The translations under genes were made by a program, and so were the position numbers. The notes beneath the pieces were generated by a model that saw only the letters and a program-made list of their open reading frames with translations, had not been told where the DNA came from and did not search any database. Positions 24,096-36,288 of a DNA stretch of 47,661 nt are shown here, piece after piece; positions within the stretch are counted from its first letter, which is position 1, and each line of letters starts with the position of its first letter. The stretch covers positions 230,364 to 278,024 of the forward strand of contig WELA01002985.1 of the NCBI GenBank assembly GCA_009602735.1, given 5' to 3'. The stretch comes from Mesotaenium endlicherianum. Lineage: Eukaryota.

Positions 24096-27000
24096 TCAGC
24101 TGCCAGCAGCAGGTGGCCGGCAGTGCGGCTTGTGCTGGGGCCAGTCGAGCTTCTGGCATGCCTTGCTGCAGTAGCCTCGCCCCTTGCACCTGCTGCACCT
24201 GCGGACGCTGTCCCCGGTCGCGCCGCAGCTGACACACACCTTAGGCGTGGCGGCAGGGCTCCCATTGGGATGCACGCCCTCATCCGTCTCCTCCACCTTC
24301 TCTCGGGCCTTCTTGACCTCCGCTTTCCCGCCCTTCAGCCCCTCTGCACGAGCCGCAGTCTCCCCACCTGCCCTACCCAGGCTCGGCTGCGAGCCTTCCC
24401 CCTCCTCTGTGCTCCTGCCATTGCTAGAGACCGACGCTGGGGCAGCCCCTGCACGTGCGCTCGTGTTTGGTCCTCTGTCCGCACCCACTCCGCACGTCTC
24501 GCTCCTGCTCTCCCCATTTGCTACCTCGCCAGCCCCGCTTGGCACCTCCTTGACAGCCTCCTCCGGACGCACCGGCAGCACGCAGGATTGGGTGGCGGGG
24601 AATGCCAGCGACACAAATGAGCACGTGTACCCGCTGCTGCTGGGCCCCGCCCCCTCCCCCCTCAGCGGCTCCACCAGACAGGCGTTCCACATCAGCAGGC
24701 GCCGCAGGGCCGCCAGAGCCCCTGCGGTGCAGTTGAGGACGAGCGTCCCTGGTGGCAAGGTGCGCGGAGCCTCTACAATGAGCGTGCATTCGGAATCCCC
24801 TGCTGCATTTTCACTAATCATCGGCCCTCTGGGCGCCTCCATCTCGCAGAATAGCAGCGGCACGCACAGCGCCCCCCCAGGCGCCTGCTTGAGCGCGCGC
24901 ACGTGCATCAACAGCCCCGCCTCCGTCTCGCCCCTGACGCGGAGCGCGAGCTTGTCCCTCTTGTCGTTGTAGAATGCGTTCATGAACCTCTTGCCAAACA
25001 GGCGCACGTCGTCGATGAGGCCGCGGTGCGCGTTCTGCGTCTCGCGCTCCTTGAGGACCGCGACCTCTTTCACTGTGTACTGCAGCCGCAAGTAATCGTG
25101 CACATTCCCCAGCGGGTTGGTCCGGGAGTATATGGGCCAGCGGGGCAGCGCGTCGAGGTCGAGCAGCTTGCCGCCCGCGGGGGGCCAGAAGGGCGCCTTG
25201 GGGAGAGTGAAAGCGATGGCGCCCCTCTCTCTGGCGACCCGCAAGGTGGCGTCGCTCAGGAGCACCGGCCACGCCAAGCGCAGCGTCACCTTCTCTCTGC
25301 ATGCGAACGGGCGCAAAGGTCAGTCAAGAATGGGTTGGTAATGAGCCGAAAGGTGTGACCGTTGCGTGCAGCGGCCTGCGACTCTCCCCATCCTTCCCTC
25401 GTTGAGGCAATGAGCAGTGCAGTCAATGTACATTCTATCAAGGTTCCGAGAGTGCAGTATGCTCCTTTCTGTTCGCGAGGCTTCTGACCGATCCCTCCCC
25501 CACAGACTTCAGGACATGTCCCCCACAGCGACTTACCCACAGACTCTGCCCAGCACTCAGCACTCAGCCACACACAGCAGGCAAGCCCACACGCGAAGCC
25601 AGCAACCGGCGACTCTTTCCAGCAGTGACGAAAGCCCGCGCTCTCCAAACTGCGAGCTCACCGCCAACAGTCACGGCACAAGCCTCCACTCTGGAGCGTG
25701 AGACCAGCGCGGAAAGGGAGCAAAACACATGCTGGCCAGGCCAAGCCGCGCACGAACCTGCCAAGGACAACGTCGGCGCACCAGGCGGGCGTGCCCCAAG
25801 CCGCGCTGCTGTCCAGCTCGCTCTGCACCTGCCGAAGCTCCACCTCCCCCTGGGCCCCGGGCGCAAAGCCCACGGTGCCCCTGTAGCAGTCAACGTACTC
25901 GCTCAGGCAGCTCACTCTCAGAGCCGTCGGCGGCAGACCTGCCGAGAGAGGGCCCGGGCCCTCGCCCTCGCTTCGTGCTGTGCCTGGTGGCGCACTGAGC
26001 CCTTCTGGGCCTGCCAGTACTGGCTGTGCTACCGCGAGCTCGTCACCCACATTATTCTCCATCCCACTGCTGGAGTTAAATCCCTGGGCACTGGCTGCGC
26101 CTGCCCCCGGAAAGGAGGGTTTGCCTGCACCTCTGCCAGCCGGGAGGTCCTGGTGGAAGGTGGTCCCCCCCATGGGCATGCTCTTGAACTCCGAGAGGGG
26201 AGTCGGCCACCCCACGGGTTTCTGCCCATCCGCAGACGCCAGCACAACGAGCGTGTGCTCGGCTGGCAGGCCGTGGTCGGCCGGCAGAGCAAACGTCAGC
26301 GAGGCGTCGTCGGGCGTGAAGCGGAAGCTGTCGAGGGTGTGCACCACCATGCGCTCCTCCGCAGCCGGCTCATCTGCCGGCCAGAGAAACGCCTGCATCG
26401 TCTCCGAGATCCTCTCAAATGTCGCCATCACCGCGTCGACGGCCTCGTCCGTGTCGTCTGACGTCATCTGCTCCAGCTCTTGCTCGTCGTGAACGACCGC
26501 CAGGAACACCCTCAGCTGGTCAGGCTCGAGCGCAGTCGGTTTGGAGTACAGCATCTCAGGCTCCCAGTGGGGCCCCGGCTTGCCGGAGTACAGGACAGCT
26601 GGAACGCACTGGGTGCCAGGAAGGACCTGCCAGGACCACGGGAACATTTCGCAGCCTACGTTGGCAGGCAGCAGCCTGAGCAGGGCGCGGCAGCCCAGCT
26701 GGAACACCTGGCAGGCCTCTGCTACATCCTCTCCGAGCAGCTCGTCCCCCTGAGACAGAACGGCCTCCTGCACACCGGGGGGGCATCTCGTGAGCAGGAG
26801 GAGGAACGTGAGGGGAGTGGCGCTTGTCACTCCCCGCTGGTTGTCTTCCTGTTGTATATCGTGGTCGAAGCAGGCGCCATGCCAGCTCTCCAGCGCCTCC
26901 ACAATGCCACATGGCGTGATTTCAGCCGATGTTGATGCCTCGATACCTGAGGAATCCTCACAAGTGCTCCCAGAAGGAGGACGAGGCACTAGCGTGAGCG

Positions 27001-29647
27001 GCGTCATCGACTCCCTGCTGCTCCTCCCTTCCTCCCCTCCTGCACTCGTGCTGCTCCAAGAGAAGCCCCAGCTAGCCCTCTCAGCCCTCCCAGTGCTGCC
27101 ACCTGGCACCGAGTGCGACGCAAGGGGATCCAGAATAGCGGGCCCCCAGACTGTGAACTGCTCTGAGGGAGGATGGCCCGCAAACAGGCGGGGGGAGGTG
27201 GTGCCAAACTCGAGGTCGGAGCAGAGGCGCAGCCCCAGCAGCGAGGGCAGCAGGCGTACGTCGCACCCCAGGCTCGCCCGCAGGTACTCTCCGTACGTAG
27301 GTTCCACCGCTTGCCACTTAGCGCTCACCGTCCACAGGCGCGATGACACCTGCCTGCTCGCACTCCAAAAGACAGACAAGCATATTCAGAGGTACCTAAG
27401 GGCACATGCAACCTCAGAGGATCTCAGGACACAAACACGGCATGAGTTTCTTCTTTCTGTTACATTCTTCCACTGCAATTCATATCAGACAGCAATATAC
27501 CCAAACTTTGTAATAAAGAAACATCTCATGCCTTCACAGATGCATAGCAAGTAGAGCAAGAGGAGACACATGCGGAACGAGGAAAAAGTTTCACTCACTC
27601 CTTGAGCAGGGGCCCGCAGCACGCCAGCAGGTTGAGCAGCCCCAGGGAGTCCACGAGGTGCGCCGTGTCGATGGCGTCGAAGGAGCACTCAACCCCGCCT
27701 GTCAGCTCATGATCTATCTCTCTTTCCTCACCTGCTGGAGGTCCCTGCACCTTTCCTTGTGGCGTGCTACTCCCCACATCAGACGCCGCTCCACCCCCCT
27801 TGCCCCCCAGCAGCAGGGCCTCGTCCTCCGCCTGCCTGGGCCAGAGGGTGTAGAGGCAGAGGTCCAGAGGCTCCCCGCTCCACAGCAAAACGCCGAGCTG
27901 GCGGCCCAGCTGCCACCGCCTGTAGCCCGCCACGAGGTCCCTGAAGGTGCTCATGCACGCGCGCTGTAGCGGCGTGCTCCCCCGCAGACAATGTTCGGGG
28001 AGGTACTCTTTGTCCAGCGGGAAGTAGGCCGGGAAGGGGGAGCTGTCGAAGCGCATGCCCCACGACATGCCTAGGCCCTCGCCCCCCTCCGCATCTGCTG
28101 AGCCTTGATGGAAGACGAACAAGCTGGGGTTCATCACGTGCGTCTCAGGGTCCACCGACATGGGCGGCGTCTCCACGCCGCTCAAGCCGTGCCAGAGGAA
28201 CGTGAAGAGCTCGTGCAAGAAGACATCAGTCGTGCTCGCGGGGATCGGCCCCACGGAGCTCGAGAACGCCCTCGCTACGAGAGCGTGCACCTGCTTCTCG
28301 ACTGCCGCACGATATGTGTACTCATGACTGTCAGCTCCAGTGATCACGTCCTTAACAGGTGGCGGCGCGGTAGGCACCCGCTGGCCGTCGTCAGAGTATG
28401 TGCAGCGCTTGCAAGCATCCTGCACTAACCCGCACACCCGGACAGTGGGGGGAAGGTGCGGTTCACAGTCAACCTCCCACTGCTCCAGCAGCGCCACGAG
28501 CGCCTGCCGCGTGGCGGGCATGGGGACCACGAGCCGGCTCCCTGAGCCCGTCTGGAGATCGTCAATGAGCAGCCTCAGCTGCGTGCGGAGGGTGGAGGCC
28601 TCATCCTTTGTCAGGAAGGCGTGGTATAAGTAAGCCCACAGGGAGCTCACGTCGGCTTCTTTCTTTTTCTTTCTGCGTTTTCCTGCGGACCCCGAGGCCA
28701 TGAAAAGGAACAGAGTGGCCCTGGCCAGCTGCGGCAGCGAGCTGTCGTGCAGATGGAACTCCAGCTGTCGCTCCTCCCCGCTGCCTCCTGCCATCCGCCC
28801 ACCCGCACCTTGCCCCGCTCCCTTAGTTGGCCAGTGGCAGAATGGGAGCAGGAAGGTTGCATCCTACGATTCACAATAGATTCATGCAGTGAGACTAGGT
28901 CAGCATTCCAGCAGGACAGCGTTAGAACCCTGTCGAAAGACAACAGCTTCTTTTCCTGCAGAATGCATACATCAATGGTGACGTCACTTCCTTTCTGTCC
29001 ACATACGTACCTGTCTTAGCGGTTGCCATGGGCGAGTTGGCAGCAGCAGTACATAGAACATGGTGCACGTCGGCGCAGCCAAGCAGCAGCACCTGCGCCT
29101 TCTGGTCGGGGATGACACGGAGGTCCACCAGGCTGCGCCCCTTGGTGTTGCCCGTCACGTCCCTGTTCACATGAGAGGGAGTGTCAACCAAGTAGTAACC
29201 TCACAACAGCTATTCTTGCATATGACTCCCATCAGGCCAGAGTCAGAGCTTGGTGCACATGTGCCAAATTTCTGCTACGACACTTATCTCTCGCTCCGTA
29301 TCTGCAGCGACGTCTTTGCGGGAGGCAGAAGTAGTCCGATATGCCAAAGCATTGCTCTGAACCTCGAGCTGGGATTTTGTCAACAGACGACACAGACAAC
29401 TCCCCTAGGCAGTGTATCTTGCTAAGAAGATCTTTTTCCCAGAAAACGTCTGATACTGGAGATAGACACTGAGCTGTATGCCTGGCTATCGACGACACCA
29501 GTGTATCAATTCTCATGCATAAAACCTGCAGCATGCGTTTCTACCTGCCCTGAAGTCCAGCCTCAATATTCCTTTCCCATATGCATGTCTGATAGATCCA
29601 GATAGTGACTGACAGGATGAGCGAAGTGCCTCAACGAAGGTGGCCAT
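24096..29647 (-). CDS. DUF4470-like domain + C-terminal MYND zinc-finger protein (~1450 aa)
   Basis: Exons about 29647-29545 (uncertain), 29199-29011, 28787-27599, 27353-25662 and 25296-24096 have compatible phases. Motifs GNT..VLLLGCAD..HVL, FHLHD....LARA.LFL and FDAIDTAHLVDSLGLLNLL..PLL are typical of DUF4470-MYND proteins. The MYND finger is CVSC..CSRC...YCSKACQKLDWPQHKPHC. The 5' exon boundaries are the least certain. Confidence 0.8.
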
Positions 29648-30111
29648 TGTAATGGTCTGATTGTTACCCCAAAGGATATACTTCGACTGTAGTTTGCCTG
29701 CTGGGACTAGGCCTCCAGGTGGTCGCAAATTGACTTAACTTTTCTGCAGCCAGTTTATACACTCTAGTAAAAAGGGTATCTTTTGACTAAGTGGGCCTTC
29801 TCCATGACCTACCACCTACTTTGACAAGAGTAAGCAATCCACAAATGAACAACTTATCTCGCGCTTTTAGGGACAAACCATAACAGCCACTGTCGAAAAT
29901 ATGCATATCATTTCCATTGCGAAACAACGGCTTCTCGCGGCTTTGCTTCACCAATTCACAGGTCGTGTTACACACTGTCCCATACCATTTCAATTAATTT
30001 CTTACTAAGAGAGATGCACAACAGATGCGCTTGAACCCATTTGAAACCAGTTAGATTGGAACAAATTTGAAAAGTGCACGGAGTACGGTCAGGGATCTGT
30101 CAGGTCTCTTA

Positions 30112-31106
30112 GGGCCAGTTTACAGCTGGTTTACAGTGGCCACAGGCACTCGATTGATCAACGCGAAAAGCGGAATTGAAAATTACGAGATCGAAGCGAC
30201 GAAGACAAAATAGACGACCAAGTTTCAAACAGCTAAACAAAAATGCGTTTACAGTGCACAGGCACAAAATTGATTGAGGGAAATAATACAATCCCCTCCA
30301 CATAGTGTCGCGTTTCGTCTCTGCGTAATTTCCGGGTTCGGTCAGACCTCACAAAAACTATTTTAGCATAGTGCATCGTTCATCTTACTCTTAAAATTTG
30401 ACCTTTGAGTGCCGAAACCTCACATCATCACCAACCGCGAACATGACTTTTAACATACACCATAGCCTGCTGAATGAAGTAGAAACTATTGTATTGGCAA
30501 CTATTGTAATGGCAGCTCCCAAATAGCGAGGGAGGGGTAACACAGTATCCATATGTACCATTCCACAAAAGCGCCCTGCATTTTGTCATCGACGCACCAG
30601 CGCATCAAAAATATTTCAGGTGAGAGAGAGTTAGCTAGCTTTCTTGCGTGCTTACAGCCCTATGATCATGTGGCGATGGGTTCAGAGACGAGTGCTGAGT
30701 GTAGAAACTTGGTGGACGCGAATATTTTCTTCTCTACTCCTTGTCGTCCCGAAATAGTTAGCAAAAAAAAAGAAAGTACTCCACGGGTACATCCTCATTT
30801 GATTCCCCTACCTAATACCGACAGTCCTTGTCTATCGGGTGGTCGTCGAGGAGGGGTCATTCAAGGGGTTGAACACATTTCAGAATTTTAATTCTGCTCT
30901 CGAGCAGAATTGAAAAGGCGAGGTCAATTGATTGGAACCAGAAAGTTCAATCGAATTCTTCACAAACTTCAATCAATCGCGTCGCGCCTTGACACCACTG
31001 TAAACACCAGTTCCATCGCGCTAAATCTGGAAATGTACTTTGAGGTACAGCGAAGTACTTTTCAATCAATCAACTCGGCATCGATTTGGCCACTGTAAAC
31101 TGACCC
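30112..31106. mobile_element. Non-autonomous PIF/Harbinger (Tourist-like) MITE
   Basis: TIRs GGGCCAGTTTACAG / revcomp GGGTCAGTTTACAG and a TTA TSD (30109-30111 and 31107-31109). Confidence 0.85.
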
Positions 31107-31739
31107 TTAAATGGTTTGCCCCAGTTTGCCCGCGTATGATCGAAGTATTGACGCATGCGACTTAGAAGGGAGTGACAGTCTCTCAAGCGTGATAAGCACA
31201 ACCGGATGGGGTGGCACCAGCAAGTGGAGCGAAGCGCTCAAATTTGCTAAGCAGTTGTGCTATTGTGGAGCTCCTTCACTACACCTTGAAGTATTGAAGA
31301 CCCTGCCAAATGTTAGAAAGAAAAGGATGTTTGGAAAAATGAAGGCAACTAAGGTTTGCGGGAAATGCTCTATACGCTACAAAATCGTGAGCCTTGAATG
31401 TACTTGTGCTCTCTGCCCATCTGGTGAGGCACAGTGTAAGGGCACAAAGAGCACCTGTAAGTGCTTCCAAAGTACACCTTGAAATTGTGCAAATTACGAA
31501 ACGGACCGAATTGTCAACTCAAAAGCTGTAGGATCCGATCATATGTCAATTGGGTGAGGCAAAAAATCTGGACGCACAATGGGATTCCTATCTCCAAATC
31601 CCACATGGGACAACAGATCTTTGATTATAGGTCTTCACTCTTTTGGCATAGTGAGCTAAGGTTAAAAAGAGCTCATCAATATGAACATTCTACATTTGGC
31701 ATGTCTCTTCCACATACCTCTTTAGCCCACCTAAAAAAC

Positions 31740-31892
31740 CCCTTGCAATTCCTCTTAAAACCTTTCACATGCCTTTATCCTCTCACCTAGGCCCGGTACA
31801 AACCTTTCTCCTCTCATTCTGTATTGCCGTGTAATGCTGATCAATACGCAACGCATGCTCCAACTTGGCCCCGTTAATAACATTGAATAAGT
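31740..31892 (-). pseudogene. VPS41 3' remnant copy 2, portion left of the hAT insertion
   Basis: ccttgcaatt, ctaggccc..cctttctcctctca and tgccgtgt match, in order, the VPS41 last exon 45247-45385. Heavily decayed. Confidence 0.55.
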
Positions 31893-32947
31893 CAGGATTA
31901 CGCCGTTCGCATTTTTCTCGTATTGAGTTTCCTAAACTAAGCGAACTAAGTCGGTTTGCACGTACTGCACGAACTGACCTATTTTTTTTTTTGGAATTAA
32001 TCGCGACACGTTTGGACGCCTTAGTGATTGTAACGTGAATTTCAGAAATTAAGACGCACATCGCGCAGACGTGTCAGTCCCAAAATTTTCACTTCTTTCG
32101 CTGGAACGGCCAAAAAATAAAGCGAACACGTTTCAGCAAGGGGCACTAAGCTACAGCTAGCCACCTAATTCTTCTCGAAACTCAGTTCTGGTGCTGGTCT
32201 CAAGTTGTATAGCTCAAGGGAATTAGCACTGAGCATCATATTCCTGCGTTCTTCTCGACAGCCCTTTATGCCAGGCACTTTGTGTAAGTTTTTTCTTACT
32301 CTAGTTATCTCTCACTCTGCGCTCACCCGGCCTCCTTACGCTTTCCTCTTGCAATGTGTCTGATTTCTTTGTTACATTTACCTCGTGTTTTAGTTTTATC
32401 TGTTGACAGTTGTTCGTCAATGAGATTTGACAAGACGCTTCTATGTAGTCATGTACTTATATATGTTGTTCTGTATCTGTTTCTTGGAAGAAGCACCACT
32501 CTCGCGACCAATTTAAAGAACGAGTGGGCTGCTGCTGGTTTCATTTCAGGTTAGCCGTATTGAAGGATTATTCTTTCATGCAGCCTTGGGCCGTTAGCAT
32601 GGGTCATATCATTGCTTCTTGTGTGCACATTATCTTTGCTTACTCTTGCAGCCGTGTCCTAGATGCTTTGGCGTTGAGCCCCATTTACACTTTAATGTAT
32701 AAATGTTTGCAGTTTATGTCTGCAGCTTTGGGATTGCCAAACCTAGTGCAAATAACATGGACTATTGTAGAACATGGGGGTTTAGTCTGTTGCAGCCTTT
32801 GTGACTTGCGTTGTTAAGCCCGGTAAATTTTGTCTCTCTCTGTGCAGCTTGGTATTGCCGAGCCTGTGCACCCCCGAGTACAAGCTGTTGAGGTCGAGCT
32901 TCACACATGTCAACGTCCTGCAAATTTAAGGGGGCAGGTGGAGATGT

Positions 32948-33250
32948 GTTATGCTCTCTATTATGCTCCCTGTTGTGGTCTCTGCTATGCTGTCTGATAT
33001 GATGTGTAATTCTCTCTGATAGCTCTCTGTTATGCGCTGTATTATGCAGTCTGCTATGCTCTATTGTGCTCTATTATGCTCTCTGTTATGCTCTCTTATT
33101 CTCTTTCTTAAGCTCTCTGACATACTATGATCTATCTGTTATGCTATGTCTTGTGCTCTCTTATGCTCTATTATGCAATTTGTTATTCTCTGTTACACTC
33201 AGTTATGCTCTTCTTCATTCTCTCTGTTATTCTCTCTCTATGCTCCTATA
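32948..33250. repeat. Degenerate TATGCTCT-type low-complexity repeat inside the hAT
   Basis: Many TATGCTCT(C) variants in tandem. Confidence 0.7.
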
Positions 33251-36156
33251 CCAATATGTTCTTTATTGTGTTCATCATGATAGCTTCCACTTGAGGAACC
33301 TAGTGTTGCTAAGCCTGTGCGTCTGCGAGTACTACCTGTTGAAGGCCAGCCTTGGGCACATCAAGCTTGAAGGGGACTAGGTGAGACATCTAGCGCCTCC
33401 TTCCAGGTTGTCGTGCTGTTTGTGTCTTGCTTTCCTTGCTCTCTCTACTTCGTTGCACTCTGCTCTCCCACCCCTCTCTCTGCTCTCAATTTTGTCCCTG
33501 CTCCTCCTCTCTCCCCCCCCCCNNNNNNNNNNNNNNNNNNNNNNNNNNNNNNNNNNNNNNNNNNNNNNNNNNNNNNNNNNNNNNNNNNNNNNNNNNNNNN
33601 NNNNNNNNNNNNNNNNNNNNNNNNNNNNNNNNNNNNNNNNNNNNNNNNNNNNNNNNNNNNNNNNNNNNNNNNNNNNNNNNNNNNNNNNNNNNNNNNNNNN
33701 NNNNNNNNNNNNNNNNNNNNNNNNNNNNNNNNNNNNNNNNNNNNNNNNNNNNNNNNNNNNNNNNNNNNNNNNNNNNNNNNNNNNNNNNNNNNNNNNNNNN
33801 NNNNNNNNNNNNNNNNNNNNNNNNNNNNNNNNNNNNNNNNNNNNNNNNNNNNNNNNNTATGTACATGGAATGAGTTTACTGTTCAACGGTCAGTGCGATG
33901 GCACCGCCTACCCGGGAGTTAACCACGTTGGTAGGACCTCGGTTAACCAAATCCACCGCCATCTCCCATCATCCCGAATCGCCATCCATCATAGGGATGT
34001 CATGTGGCCATTCATCTAGCATACCACACTTAGATGCATATTGAGGCAGTTCGCTGCTACCGAGTACGGAAGTCAGCTGGCTGTCAAAGAATGTGTCAGC
34101 AAGCTGACTTAAGGTGGCCTCAGCCTGCTACTTCCGACCAAGTCATTAAACTGATATTAAGTATAAAGTCCAGCAGACTGATTATTAACTAGAGTTCAGC
34201 AGGCTGAACTTATTTAACTATATTATTTAAATGAATATTATATCGACCAGTATACTGATTCATTACACAGTGTTATTGCTGTGTTTATTTTAAGGCAATT
34301 TGATATGTTTGTATTGTGTTCATGGTGGTAGATTCCACTTGAGGAATCTGGTTTTGCTACGCCTGTGCGTCTACGAGTACAACCTGGTGAAGGACAGCCT
34401 GGTGCTCGAATCGTCGTGCACATCAAGCTTCAAGAGGGCCAGGTGACACGTCTCGCCTATTCTTGCTTCTCCACCTGGCTCGCTTGGCTGTTCGCTTTCC
34501 TTGCTCTCTCTACCTTCGTACCTCTTTGCTCTTCTGCCGCTTTCTCGTTGCTCTCATTGCTCTCTGCTCTCATTGCTCTCCTTGCTCTCTCTGCCCTCTC
34601 TTCTCTCTATGCTTTTCATTTTTACTTCGCTCTCCCTCTTTGCTGTCCCTCAACTTCTTGTGCTTCCTTTGGTCTCTCTTTGCCCTCATTTTCCCCTTTC
34701 CTATCCCTCTTTGAGCTTTCCCTTTTTGTGTGCATTTGTTGCTACCTTTGTTCCTTGCTGTTGCTGTTCAATTTGTGCTCCCTTTGCTCTCTTGTGTGCG
34801 ATGATGTGCCTTTGTTTTCTCCCTCGTTTCCTCTTAGCCATCTGCTCTCTCTGCTCTCGCTGCCTTTGCTCTTCTTCTATCCTCTACCCTCTGCTCTCTT
34901 TATGCTCTTTCTGCTCTTGGCTTGTGTTCGCTCTCTTTGCTCTCCATCTGTTTTCTCTTTGCTCGCTCTGTCAGTTCTCACTTTTGTCTTTCTCTCCCTT
35001 ATTGCGTTTATTTATGTCTCTGTGTGTAAATGTTTGTGCTCACCGTCTTGCATCTTCTTATGCTCGTTCCTTCATATTCAATTCATTAGTATTCACATGG
35101 GGGTGTAGGAGGGCCTTTGTATCCTGCAGCAGCAGGAGCAGTAGCTTTTTCGCGACAGGCGGGTCTTTGAAGTTTGCAGCAGCACCTGCTTCAAGCTACC
35201 ATCATCAAGTATGTGCCCCGCAGTCTGCTATCGTTGCTCTCTCTGTTGTGCTATTTAAGTGTTCTGCTCGCTTTTCTTGTCTCCTATGCTGTCGCTGCTA
35301 TACTGTGCTTCTCTTTCCTTGTTGGTTATTTATTGCTGCTGGGCCCTGGCTGTCACATGTGACTTCTTTTTGTAATTAGTAATTACTATATCATATTATA
35401 TTATCTGGGCTTGCTTTTTCTTATGCTAGTTCCTTCATGTTCATTTTATTTAGTATCCGCATGGGAGTTGATGGAGGTGTAAGAGTGCCTTTGCAGCGTC
35501 TTTGTAGAAGCAGCAGCAGCAGCTTCAATTTTCAAGCTACAGGCGGGCCGCCGCAGCAGCACCAGCAGCTTCAATTTAGCAATATCAGGTATTTGCCCCA
35601 CCCCATCTCCTTTCCTTCCCGCGTGTGCATGTGATTGCTACTGCTCTATAATGCTTGTTTTTTGCTCTTCTTTCATTCTCATGTAATACAATGATGCATG
35701 TCCGTGTCTTTTCTGCATTGTTTGTTACTGTTTTTTTTTTGTTATTCTGATTGCTGGTTCTTATTGCTTGTTACTTTCTCATTTGCTACTTCTCTTCCCT
35801 CGTTGTTTTGCTCCTTTATCTGTGCTAAGAGTGCTCATGCTCTTTCCCTCCCGCTCCTTCTGCACTCTCTTCTCTCTTCTTCATTGTGGCTGCTCTCTAT
35901 GCTGGCTGCTATTCAGTTTACTATTTTTGGCTGCTATCCAGTTTACTATTTTTGACAGGTTCTGTCAGCTTCTCTCAGCTTCTGTCAGCTCCTGTTTTTG
36001 CGCCAAGGGCTCTGCTTGTCTTTCCGACTATGTCCCTCTGCTATCTCTTCTCTCTTCTTCATTCTGGCTGTCTTTGTCTCTCTCTCATTCCGTCAAGCCT
36101 GCTGCAGGCTTGCACTTATGTCTTTCTCGGCGTGTTCTCTCTGGCTCTCTCATTGG

Positions 36157-36197
<41 letters not shown>

Positions 36198-36288
36198 TCT
36201 CTCTCTCTCCCACACACACACACACACACACAATTAACTCACTTCTTGTTTTGTGTCTTTTATGTGCTTCAGATCTTACAAGGCCTCC

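Noticed and set aside
24123..28633. Long plus-strand ORFs antisense to the MYND gene
   Set aside because: Expected in GC-rich coding DNA; the translations lack motifs.
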